DNA from: Candidatus Micrarchaeota archaeon
GTDB lineage: Archaea > Iainarchaeota > Iainarchaeia > JAADDC01
Direction: 5' to 3'
NCBI GenBank assembly: GCA_027046625.1
Contig: JALTXX010000015.1
Coordinates: forward strand, 1 to 12,875
Length of the DNA: 12,875 bases
The notes below the pieces were generated by a model, which saw only the letters and a list, made by a program, of their open reading frames with translations, made no database searches and was not told the DNA's origin. Of the stretch, positions 1 through 8,005 are shown piece after piece (within the stretch, counting starts at the first letter, position 1; every line of letters begins with the position of its first letter). The translations under genes and the position numbers were made by a program.

Positions 1-1095
1 GGTTAGAGGTCCTCTAACAGATATTTTCAGATATTCATCCGCTGGGATAATAGCGACGCCTGTGTTTCCATCCCTTATGGCCTCTGCTATAATGCTGGAA
101 TAATACGGAGGGGCTTCCACAATAGCTATTCTTAGGGAACCTATACTAATTGGGTCTATAGATTGTAGAATGGAGGATAGGTTTCTTACATACCGCCTTC
201 TTATATCCTCCGCCTCGAGAATGGAGGATGTTTTTCCCCTTAAGATATCAAAGGCAATATTATAATTGCCTGTCCTTCCAAGGATGTTTATTAGAGTTGT
301 AAGTGTTTTTAGGTCGGAAATTAGAGGATCAAGGTGGTTTATTTCATAGCGCTCTCCTATTATGCTCTTTGCACCTTCTTCTCCCACCTTTTCATACAGA
401 TATAGTATCAGATTTGTGGTGAATTGTTTCCTTTCCTCTGGATCGAGATCGTAATATCTTGCATAAGGATTTAGTGAGAGTCTTTCCATAAATTCATAAA
501 CTCCTTCTGGATTTCCGCTCAAACCAGGAAGAAAGGGGTCTGTACTCTCTAACAGTACATTAACCAGTGACCTTCTATGGATGCCCGGCAGTACAAGATC
601 TTTGTATGCTGTCACCAATCCCTTCCGTATAGATTTTATAAGTAGCACTTTATTTAACCCATAGAACGAGCCTTTCCACTGCCTATCACCCATGGCCCCA
701 ATGAGTCCTATGGGTAGATCTTCATTGCAGGATGTAATCTCGTAGGAAAGAAGGTTTGATAGTGTGGAAGCTGAACTCTCAGTATCTGGGTCGTATCCCA
801 ATAGTTTGGGGTGTAAAAGTCTTGGATCGTTCTTATATCCTTCATGATGGTCTATCACTAAGACATTCTTAGGCATCACATCTAGATATTTCATGCCAAG
901 ATCTGTGAACACTACGGTATCATAGCTTTCGAAGTCTATATTGTCTAGGTGTTCTTTGTACAACTGGGGTAATACCACTATCTCTGCTTGGAAGTGCTTC
1001 ATAAAGGGAAAGGCTGCAGATATACCATCTGCGTCATGATGGGTAACCACGAGCAGTTCCTTACCTTCCAGTTGTTTGAATCTGGACGGAATCAT
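1..1095 (-). CDS. DHH-family phosphoesterase, archaeal RecJ/GAN (Cdc45-like); 3' end truncated by the window edge
   Basis: Not in the ORF track; translated by hand. The ATG at 1095-1093 overlaps the upstream stop (TAATG) and the frame stays open to base 1 (365 codons). It begins MIPSRFKQLEGKELLVVTHHDADGISAA and contains VFTDLG, LVIDHH and IGAMGDRQ (DHH motifs I-IV), then an STDPFLPGLSG segment typical of archaeal GAN-type proteins and KISVRG entering the DHHA1 domain. Confidence 0.88.
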   Translation of the reverse strand, partial: MIPSRFKQLEGKELLVVTHHDADGISAAFPFMKHFQAEIVVLPQLYKEHLDNIDFESYDTVVFTDLGMKYLDVMPKNVLVIDHHEGYKNDPRLLHPKLLGYDPDTESSASTLSNLLSYEITSCNEDLPIGLIGAMGDRQWKGSFYGLNKVLLIKSIRKGLVTAYKDLVLPGIHRRSLVNVLLESTDPFLPGLSGNPEGVYEFMERLSLNPYARYYDLDPEERKQFTTNLILYLYEKVGEEGAKSIIGERYEINHLDPLISDLKTLTTLINILGRTGNYNIAFDILRGKTSSILEAEDIRRRYVRNLSSILQSIDPISIGSLRIAIVEAPPYYSSIIAEAIRDGNTGVAIIPADEYLKISVRGPLT

Positions 1096-1625
1096 TACAT
1101 CAACCTCACAACAGGTCCCTTGGGGTAAATCTCTCTGTACACCTCTGCCTGGAAGGTATAAACTGTTGCATATTTATAACACTCTGGATCCAAGCCTGCC
1201 TTTATACAAGCAGCCGATAAAAACTCGTCTCTGCCCATTCTCTCCTCAATCGCTACTTGAGGGAGTAATAATGCTTGCTTACCTTCATACTCCACCACTA
1301 TACCGTCCCTTCCTACTACCACCTCACTATAGGGTGTTCTTCTAAAGGGAGACAGAACGCTCACCTCTACAGCGGATCGTTCAAGCTCCTCAAGAGTAAT
1401 GGGTGGATATCTTGGATCTTCGAAAGCGGCCAATAGTGCAGCTCGCACAACGTTGTACCCCAAATCTTTTTCTTCTAGAGATCCCATACAACCCCTAAGT
1501 CTGTTGTTCTCATCCTTTATGGTTACAAAGGCATATGCCTTTTTTCCTAACCTAATTTCTTCTATCTCTTCTCCTCTTAAAGCTCTTTCTATGGTGCTTC
1601 TTGCAATTCTAACAAGCTTTTCCAT
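1095..1625 (-). CDS. AMMECR1-domain protein (PH0010/TIGR00296-like)
   Basis: Motifs FVTI, LRGCMG (family LRGCIG), AAFEDPRYPP, EVSVLS, GRDG, LLLPQVA and KAGL; 176 aa. Confidence 0.93.
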   Translation of the reverse strand: MEKLVRIARSTIERALRGEEIEEIRLGKKAYAFVTIKDENNRLRGCMGSLEEKDLGYNVVRAALLAAFEDPRYPPITLEELERSAVEVSVLSPFRRTPYSEVVVGRDGIVVEYEGKQALLLPQVAIEERMGRDEFLSAACIKAGLDPECYKYATVYTFQAEVYREIYPKGPVVRLM

Positions 1626-1661
1626 GTTATACTTAAATAAAGTTTGTGTTTAAAGGCTTCT
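1626..1661. promoter_or_regulatory. Interleaved divergent TATA boxes for the AMMECR1-GAN and dhs units
   Basis: TTAAATA at 1633-1639 lies 22 nt before GTG 1662 (+). TTTAAA at 1649-1654 lies 23 nt before ATG 1625 (-). Both spacings fit leaderless archaeal transcripts. Confidence 0.55.
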
Positions 1662-2576
1662 GTGGAGACTGTAAGGGGGCCTTTTCCAGAGGAGATTGAG
1701 AAGGTCGAAGATTTGGTAGATAAGATGGGTAATATAGGGTTTCAAGCCGCTGAATTATACAGAGCTGTGAAGATGTTAGAAGAAATGCTATCAGATGATT
1801 CCTATACCCTATACTTGGGGTTTACATCCAATGTTATCTCTTCCGGTATGAGGGAGCTTGTAGCCGCTATGTTGAGGGAAGGGTGGTTTCACGTTGTGGT
1901 AACCACTATAGGAGCTGTAGAGGAGGATGTCATGAAGACCTTGGGTGATTTTAAGGTGGGTGATTGGTACGTTGATGATGTAGAGCTAAGAAAAAGGGGT
2001 ATAAACAGGATAGGTAATATTTTTGTGGAAAATAAGCTTTATGAGAGGTTGGAGGACTTTCTGGATCCTATATTTGATACAATAGAGGGAAGGGTCTCTT
2101 CTTGGGAATTCGTAAAACTTCTAGGGAATAGAATTAAGGATGAAAGATCTTTTATATACTGGGCTGTAAAAAATAACATCCCTGTAGTGGTTCCTGCACC
2201 TACAGATGGCGCTATAGGGCTAATGCTTTACTATTATAGGGAAAAAACTAACAGAGATATCGGGATAGATCCCACATTAGACATGGAGTTATTATCATCC
2301 ATTACTTTTGATGCAAAAAAGACCGGAGCCCTTATAATAGGGGGTGGTGTACCCAAACACCACATTATAGGCATGAACATCGTAAGGGGCGGATTGGATA
2401 AAGCTGTTTACATCACTACAGCCACAGAATGGGACGGATCCCTTTCGGGTGCCCAGCCCAGGGAGGCCAAAAGCTGGGGTAAAATAAAGGAAAGGGGGAA
2501 TAGTGTTACAGTATATGCGGAGGCGTCCCTAGTACTTCCCCTCATGGTGAGATATCTATGGAGCCGTTTGCAATAG
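1662..2576 (+). CDS. dys: Deoxyhypusine synthase (aIF5A modification)
   Basis: Motifs GFQA, LGFTSNVISSGMRE, VVTTIGAVEED, LRKRGINRIGN, TDGAIG, IIGGGVPKHH and DGSLSGA.PREAKSWGKI with the catalytic Lys. The ORF track starts at TTG 1644; the in-frame GTG 1662 is preferred on TATA spacing. Confidence 0.96.
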   Translation: METVRGPFPEEIEKVEDLVDKMGNIGFQAAELYRAVKMLEEMLSDDSYTLYLGFTSNVISSGMRELVAAMLREGWFHVVVTTIGAVEEDVMKTLGDFKVGDWYVDDVELRKRGINRIGNIFVENKLYERLEDFLDPIFDTIEGRVSSWEFVKLLGNRIKDERSFIYWAVKNNIPVVVPAPTDGAIGLMLYYYREKTNRDIGIDPTLDMELLSSITFDAKKTGALIIGGGVPKHHIIGMNIVRGGLDKAVYITTATEWDGSLSGAQPREAKSWGKIKERGNSVTVYAEASLVLPLMVRYLWSRLQ

Positions 2577-3001
2577 CATTCGCTGCTGGTGTTTCTACAA
2601 AACTTGCAGATTCTTTAAAACCTCCTTATGACAACGTATTTGGCGTAATCTATGGAATACTGAATGGTATTTTGAGTTTCTATGCCTTTCCTATAGTTTT
2701 AGGAACTACCTTAGGTGTTTATATAGCAGGCAAAATAGATAAGGCTTCCCACAGAGTCGGAACAGCTGCTTTGCTCTTTATATCAGTATTTTCTCCTAAA
2801 AATCATTTATTGGTATTTCCCTTCGCTGCTATTGCATCGTACCTAGACGAGAAGCTCCCCGTTAGGATAACTCTACCCCTCACAATACTATTACTATCTC
2901 CCTTTATAGGATGGGATTATGTGCTGCTTCTTCTCGCATGGGATGTAGGGTATAATCTTACATCATATATATTTTCTCTACCTCCTTTGCAATCGAAGTA
3001 A
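2558..3001 (+). CDS. Multi-pass membrane protein of unknown function
   Basis: 147 aa with about 5-6 hydrophobic segments and polar motifs KLAD, GKIDKASH and YLDE. SD GGTGA at 2546-2550; overlaps the end of dhs by 19 nt. Confidence 0.75.
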   Translation: MEPFAIAFAAGVSTKLADSLKPPYDNVFGVIYGILNGILSFYAFPIVLGTTLGVYIAGKIDKASHRVGTAALLFISVFSPKNHLLVFPFAAIASYLDEKLPVRITLPLTILLLSPFIGWDYVLLLLAWDVGYNLTSYIFSLPPLQSK

Positions 3002-3365
3002 GCTCTTCCTTCCTAGATAATAGGTCATCTATCAGTCTTTCTATTGTCCTCTCCAAGCTCCCACCAGAAAACTTATAATAAACGCCATCCTTGGATAGAA
3101 TACCACATCTCACCATCTTTCTAAGATGGTACCTAACCGCCTCATCCGAAGGAGGTTTTCTACCCTTTGACAGAAAAAGTCTATCTACATCCGACTTTAT
3201 GTCTTTAAATTCAATCCTCTTCTTCAACAAAAGCTGATATATTACCACATCCACCACAGTATAAAGGAGTTCTGAACTTCTACTATGTCCTACTAGAGCA
3301 AGAAGCCACCTTACACCATCTTTTCGCGTGCGAATAGCGGATGGAGATTTATATATACATAACAT
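2958..3365 (-). CDS. Winged helix-turn-helix protein (ArsR/TrmB-like), putative transcription regulator
   Basis: Recognition helix and wing SDEAVRYHLRKMVRCGILSKDGVYYKF, followed by a C-terminal amphipathic helix. Start moved from 3542 to ATG 3365 (135 aa), which lies 25 nt from TTTATAAA at 3391-3398. Confidence 0.75.
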   Translation of the reverse strand: MLCIYKSPSAIRTRKDGVRWLLALVGHSRSSELLYTVVDVVIYQLLLKKRIEFKDIKSDVDRLFLSKGRKPPSDEAVRYHLRKMVRCGILSKDGVYYKFSGGSLERTIERLIDDLLSRKEELTSIAKEVEKIYMM

Positions 3366-3390
3366 ATACAAAATTTCTTTTTGCGTAACA

Positions 3391-3398
3391 TTTATAAA
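3391..3398. promoter_or_regulatory. Palindromic TATA box TTTATAAA, probably bidirectional
   Basis: The 8-mer is self-complementary and sits between divergent genes. It fits a leaderless start at 3365 (-) and a + strand transcript starting near 3420, ahead of SD GGAGGTGA at 3430-3437. Confidence 0.55.
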
Positions 3399-3459
3399 GG
3401 AGAATATCATCATAGTTGCGGGGGTTGAGGGAGGTGAGAACAGATGGGTGGTGTAAAAG

Positions 3460-3657
3460 GTGAAGATACTCACATGCTCGGTGTGTGGAATTCCCCTAGG
3501 AAGTGAGGATGTAAGAAGATGTAGCATGTGCAGCAGATACATATGTAGGGATCACATCAGATACATACCTACAAAAGGATGGATATGCACCACATGCATA
3601 AGAGAAATGACACCTAAGAAGGAGCCCCTAATAAGTGTGGCATACATCGACTTATAG
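3460..3657 (+). CDS. Small two-zinc finger protein (C-x2-C-x11-C-x2-C-x4-C-x2-H-x10-C-x2-C)
   Basis: Eight regularly spaced ligands: C6, C9, C21, C24, C29, H32, C43, C46. GTG start with SD-like GGTGGTG at 3447-3453. Confidence 0.8.
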   Translation: MKILTCSVCGIPLGSEDVRRCSMCSRYICRDHIRYIPTKGWICTTCIREMTPKKEPLISVAYIDL

Positions 3658-3675
3658 TCCCCCACGAGGCCCCCG

Positions 3676-3699
3676 AGGGGTGGCCCATGGGCCACCCCT
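3676..3699. repeat. Perfect 24-bp GC-rich palindrome AGGGGTGGCCCATGGGCCACCCCT
   Basis: All 12 pairs checked by hand. It is intergenic, within a GC-rich patch at 3657-3699, and directly followed by TTTAAC. Confidence 0.95.
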
Positions 3700-3727
3700 T
3701 TAACTATTTCTATACTCCATTTATAGG

Positions 3728-4072
3728 ATGATAGTTACCGTTAACAAGGTTCCTTTTAGGTTGAAAAAAGGCTCCGGTCCCCTCATACTTGAAGTAAACA
3801 TAAGAAACAACGCTCCCACTCCAAGGAAATATATTGTTTCCATAGAAACAGGTTCTTTTCTATCCACACGTCCCTCCGGACCTGCAAGATACGAAACTAA
3901 AAGAACTCAGCTAGTTTTACCTGGAGAAAAAACTACTGTAAGCTTCAAGATATATGCCAGGCCAGTAGGCGGAGATAAAGACACCATAAAGATAACTGTA
4001 GATGAGTGTATAGATGATTACAACAATGTTGTACTCACGAAGGAGGTAGAAACTACCGTAGATATTATTTAA
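3728..4072 (+). CDS. Hypothetical soluble protein, probable Ig-like beta-sandwich (CARDB-like pattern)
   Basis: Alternating beta-strand pattern LEVNIRN ... LPGEKTTVSFKIY ... IKITV. No signal peptide. TATA-like TTTAAC at 3699-3704. Confidence 0.7.
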   Translation: MIVTVNKVPFRLKKGSGPLILEVNIRNNAPTPRKYIVSIETGSFLSTRPSGPARYETKRTQLVLPGEKTTVSFKIYARPVGGDKDTIKITVDECIDDYNNVVLTKEVETTVDII

Positions 4073-4096
4073 AAATTAAAGAGAAGGTTTAGTAGT

Positions 4097-4699
4097 ATGG
4101 ACAAATTCGTTGAAAGGGTAATAAACGAGTACAGGGAGAAGTTTCCTCTCATATCCATAGGGGTGGTAATATCTCTCCTCGTTGCACTCACCTTCTCCAC
4201 GCTGTTGTACCCTTTCCTTGATGCATACACGATTGGAGCTATTGCTCTAGGGTTAATGATATCTGGCATATACATAACCATTCGGGAACAGGAGGAATTG
4301 TTAGAGGGTATAAGAAAAGGGGTTTGGTTGTTCCTATCCCTTGTTCTATTTGCTATACCTGCCATACTTCTAAGCTATATATCTCCACTACTCACCATAA
4401 CATACTACTATCTTTTCCTTACAGCTCCTGTTGTTATGGCTGAGCTTGGCATTATCCCTGGCATTAGAAAGGTTTTTTCCCTCCTCAAGAAAAGGACACT
4501 CACATACATAGGGCTAAATACGTCCTTTATAATAATCTCACAGCTTTTATCCCTGATTTTACTGCTTGGGAGTGGAGGGAATATACTCTTCGCTAATCCG
4601 GTTACTGCTTTTGTAGTAATCATCCTCATGCTCTTTTTCGTCATACCTGTATATGTTATTTCTGGTGTTCACGCTACACAGATGGATCGGGGGAGGTAA
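4097..4699 (+). CDS. Multi-pass membrane protein of unknown function
   Basis: 200 aa with about 6 hydrophobic segments and an amphipathic GIIPGIRKVFSLLK helix. TTTAAAAA at 4068-4075 upstream. Confidence 0.75.
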   Translation: MDKFVERVINEYREKFPLISIGVVISLLVALTFSTLLYPFLDAYTIGAIALGLMISGIYITIREQEELLEGIRKGVWLFLSLVLFAIPAILLSYISPLLTITYYYLFLTAPVVMAELGIIPGIRKVFSLLKKRTLTYIGLNTSFIIISQLLSLILLLGSGGNILFANPVTAFVVIILMLFFVIPVYVISGVHATQMDRGR

Positions 4700-5672
4700 T
4701 AATAGGATCTATATCCATACCCTCCCTCCTGTTCTTTAGTACCACCACACGAGAAGGCTCATCTTCGTCCATATACTCATAACCTGGCAAATACTCCAGC
4801 AATTTGAAGGAAAATTCCCTTACATATGAATGGGATGGCATGTTTTCGTATTCAAGTCTCCTTCTTGAAAAGCCCAGATACATGTAGGCCTTTACCTCTA
4901 CAAAGTGGGGGTTCATTCTCTCTATAAGGGAGGCGTATCCCTCTGGATTAATATCATTGACACCTTTTATGAGGGTGAGCCTTGCCACCTTCCTAACAGG
5001 GGCATCCCTTAATAGATCAAGAGTTTTTAGGAATCTTTCCCAATAGTCTTTGAAGGCTGGTCTGCTAACCTTGAAGTATGTTTCCTTGTCAGGGCCTGTA
5101 AAGGAAACGTATAGTTGGGTGGGTAGTTTATTTTCCTTTATCATTCTCTCTATAGCTTCTGGCACCTGGCCTGAGGTTACCACAAAGATGGATTTCACCC
5201 ATGGCCAGTGTTTTTTCACATATTCTATGGCTTCAGGTACATAGGGGTATAGAAGAGGTTCGCCCATGAGAGAAAAGGTAATATGGGTAGGTTCCATGGC
5301 TTCTTCGAGTCTTTTTTTGTCTATATTTGGATTGCCACCAAACCCCGTAAGTAATTTCTTTCTCTGCTCTCTAAGTTTTTCCATAGTAACCTCCGGAGGG
5401 TCAAGTTCCCCATTAAGAGAGGTTCCCACAAAGAACTCCATAGGCCGCCAGCAGTATATACATCTATTTGTACACCAAGCAACCGCTTGGGTCATCTGCA
5501 TACATCTATGGGAGTCTATTCCGTAGAATTTATTCTTGTAACAACTTTGGGATGGATCTTTGAGAGATTTCTTAGTCCACGTACAGATTTCTACTGCTGA
5601 GTGGTTGAAAATACCATAGTGAGCATTCCTAAGTTGTTCCTCTATGAATGCTGGTGCACGCACCACCAACAT
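4674..5672 (-). CDS. taw1: 4-demethylwyosine synthase Taw1/TYW1 (radical SAM tRNA-Phe modification enzyme)
   Basis: Motifs HSAVEICTWTK, CYKNKFYGIDSHRCMQMT, CTNRCIYCWRP (CxxxCxxC), SLMGEP, PTQLYVS and FVEVKAYMYLGFSRRRL..NMP. SD GAGGTGA just upstream. Confidence 0.96.
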   Translation of the reverse strand: MLVVRAPAFIEEQLRNAHYGIFNHSAVEICTWTKKSLKDPSQSCYKNKFYGIDSHRCMQMTQAVAWCTNRCIYCWRPMEFFVGTSLNGELDPPEVTMEKLREQRKKLLTGFGGNPNIDKKRLEEAMEPTHITFSLMGEPLLYPYVPEAIEYVKKHWPWVKSIFVVTSGQVPEAIERMIKENKLPTQLYVSFTGPDKETYFKVSRPAFKDYWERFLKTLDLLRDAPVRKVARLTLIKGVNDINPEGYASLIERMNPHFVEVKAYMYLGFSRRRLEYENMPSHSYVREFSFKLLEYLPGYEYMDEDEPSRVVVLKNRREGMDIDPIITSPDPSV

Positions 5673-5701
5673 TTATCACCTCATAGGGTGTTTATACTTC
5701 C

Positions 5702-8005
5702 GTGGAGGCCTGGAAGTACTCTGCTGAAGAAGTACTAAAAATGTTACATAGCAGCGTTAACGGGCTTAGCAAGGATGAGGCACTAAAAAGGTTGAAAATT
5801 TATGGAGAAAATGTACCATACGAGAAAAGGAAAAGAACCCTCATCCGTATGGTAGCAGAAGAACTGTTTAATCCTATGGGTTTATTGCTCTTAACAGCTT
5901 CTATATTATCCCTTCTTATAGGGGAAGTGCTAGATGCCCTTCTAATAGTGCTCATTCTTCTTCTAAACATAGCTCTTGGGGTGTATCAGGAATACAAGGC
6001 AGAGCGGATTTTAGAACAGCTAAGAAACCTCACATCCCCAAAAGCCAAGGTAATAAGAGATGGGGGCGTTCACACCATCGATCCAAAATATATTGTACCC
6101 GGGGATATTGTGCTCCTCTCTGAGGGAGATATTGTACCTGCCGATGGGAGATTGATAGAAGGGTTTGGCTTGAGGGTTGACGAGTCTCTCCTTACTGGGG
6201 AATCTATGCCCGTGGAAAAGGACGCCCTATGGAAGGGAGATGCACCACTTTTTGAGAGAAAGAATATGGTTTTTCTTGGAACGAGGATATTGGAAGGTTA
6301 CGGAAAGATGGTAGTAGTATACACTGGTAGGAATACCGTTCTAGGTCGCATATCGTCAAAAGTTGAAGAATTGGAGGAGGAGCTACCCTTTGACAGAGAA
6401 ATGAGGAGACTTACTTGGATCTTGGCTATAGCTTCTGTGATTTCTGGTATTATAGCTGGTATATTAAACCTAGGTAATGGTGTTTTGTTCTCCCTACTAC
6501 TTGCTATATCAGTCATGGTAGCCGCGGTTCCAGAGGGACTCCCAGTTACTATAACAATGGCGCTAGCTTACGGATCAAGGAGAATAGGAGAAAGGGGTGT
6601 CCTAGTGAGAAAGTTGAAAGCTATTGAATCTATGGGAGAAATAAATGTCATCTGTACAGATAAGACAGGAACCATAACCGTTGGGAAGCCCAAAGTTGTT
6701 GAGGTGTGGGGTGATAAAGATACCATTGCCCTTATATCAAGCTGCTGCAGAAGGGAACCACCAGACGAGTTGGAGGAGGCATTATTGGAATATTTTGGAG
6801 ATAGATGGAAGTGCAAACAATTTGAAGTTGTTCCTTTCTCCTCAGAAAGAAAGTATATGAGCACAAAAATTTTGTGGAAAGGTGAAGAGGTTACACTATT
6901 CAAGGGGGCTCCGGAGATTATACATAACATAGCACCAAACCACCAGGCCCTCACCATTGCCAACCGCATGGCATCCAAGGGTTTGAAAGTGTTAGGATTT
7001 GCCCTTTGTAGGAGGGGTAATTGTAAGTTTGTAGGTGTTGTTGGATTGTTAGATCCCCCTAGAGAGGAGGTTAAAGATGCCGTAAAGGAGGCTAAATCAA
7101 TGGGTATAAGAACTGTTATTGTAACGGGGGATCATATGGAAACTGCCCGATATGTTGCATCCCTTGTAGGCGTAGAGGGAGAAGTACTGGAGGGAAAACA
7201 GCTTGAACTTCTCGACGATAAAACACTTTCAGGGATAATAGATAAGGTGGGCGTGTTTGCTCGGGTTACACCGGATCAAAAGGTTAGGATTGTTAGGGTC
7301 TTCAAAGAAAAGGGATATGTTGTTGGTATGGTGGGAGATGGGATAAACGATGCTCCTGCCTTGAAGGAGGCTCACATAGGTATTGGCATATCCAAAGGTG
7401 CTCAGATTGTAAGAGAAGTGGCTGATATAGTACTTATAGGAAGTTATAAGGCTCTCGTAGAAGGTATAAAGGAGGGTAGATACGTAATTGCTAGCATAAA
7501 TAGCTTTCTAAGGTATCTCATACCCTCCAATGTTGGGGAGGTCATTGCAGTAGTTGGAGGATCCCTTTTAGGAAGTGTGATAATAAAGCCTGTTCAGCTA
7601 CTTCTGCTCAATATTGTAACTGATGGTCCGCCTGCGGTGGCCCTAGCATTAGACAGAGGGAAAGAAAACGTAAAACATGTTTTAGATGGCGTAAAAAAGG
7701 ATACCATCCTTGTAGGCAGCCTGTTAGGAATGGGTGCAATAATAACATATGCGATTACCCAATCATCTGCTGCTGTATTTCTATTCTTTGTATTAGGGGA
7801 GTTCGCAAGAATGTATCAGGTAAGAGGTAACTTCCTAAGTAACAAACTACTATTATTTTCGCTTTTAGCATCCCTTCTTTTAGGTTTTGGGGCTACTATC
7901 GCTTTTATGGATGGTATCTCTCCTCTCAATATTGTTATTATAGGCAGTGTCGTAATTGGGGTGCTTCTGTTTTCTAAAATGTTGGGACGTATAATAAATA
8001 TATGA
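5702..8005 (+). CDS. Cation-transporting P-type ATPase, P2A (Ca2+-ATPase-like)
   Basis: Motifs TGES, PEGLP, ICTDKTGT, FSSERK, KGAPE, DPPR, TGD and GDGINDAPAL. Membrane ligands SNVGE and QLLLLNIVTDGPPA. Confidence 0.95.
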   Translation: MEAWKYSAEEVLKMLHSSVNGLSKDEALKRLKIYGENVPYEKRKRTLIRMVAEELFNPMGLLLLTASILSLLIGEVLDALLIVLILLLNIALGVYQEYKAERILEQLRNLTSPKAKVIRDGGVHTIDPKYIVPGDIVLLSEGDIVPADGRLIEGFGLRVDESLLTGESMPVEKDALWKGDAPLFERKNMVFLGTRILEGYGKMVVVYTGRNTVLGRISSKVEELEEELPFDREMRRLTWILAIASVISGIIAGILNLGNGVLFSLLLAISVMVAAVPEGLPVTITMALAYGSRRIGERGVLVRKLKAIESMGEINVICTDKTGTITVGKPKVVEVWGDKDTIALISSCCRREPPDELEEALLEYFGDRWKCKQFEVVPFSSERKYMSTKILWKGEEVTLFKGAPEIIHNIAPNHQALTIANRMASKGLKVLGFALCRRGNCKFVGVVGLLDPPREEVKDAVKEAKSMGIRTVIVTGDHMETARYVASLVGVEGEVLEGKQLELLDDKTLSGIIDKVGVFARVTPDQKVRIVRVFKEKGYVVGMVGDGINDAPALKEAHIGIGISKGAQIVREVADIVLIGSYKALVEGIKEGRYVIASINSFLRYLIPSNVGEVIAVVGGSLLGSVIIKPVQLLLLNIVTDGPPAVALALDRGKENVKHVLDGVKKDTILVGSLLGMGAIITYAITQSSAAVFLFFVLGEFARMYQVRGNFLSNKLLLFSLLASLLLGFGATIAFMDGISPLNIVIIGSVVIGVLLFSKMLGRIINI

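Noticed and set aside
1076-1653. Plus-strand ORFs 1076-1345 and 1399-1653
   Set aside because: Antisense shadows of the well-supported AMMECR1 gene, with no recognisable motifs.
3407-3413. Minus-strand ATGATGA resembling a C/D sRNA box C
   Set aside because: No CTGA box D was found at a suitable distance downstream.
3366-3542. 59-aa N-terminal extension of the winged-helix ORF
   Set aside because: It runs across the promoter region and antisense to the zinc-finger gene; ATG 3365 fits TATA spacing.
3662-3673. 12-mer CCACGAGGCCCC repeated at 12283-12294 (possible antisense pairing to the 12298 gene start)
   Set aside because: A few 12-mer matches are expected by chance in 12.9 kb, and the second copy is explained by coding sequence.
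5676-5684. Minus-strand mini-ORF ATG AGG TGA before taw1
   Set aside because: Most simply a by-product of the GAGGTGA SD sequence.
4069-6978. ORFs 4069-4365, 4408-4644, 5050-5244, 5266-5526, 6298-6516 and 6568-6978
   Set aside because: They lie antisense to stronger genes (membrane protein, taw1, ATPase) and show no motifs.
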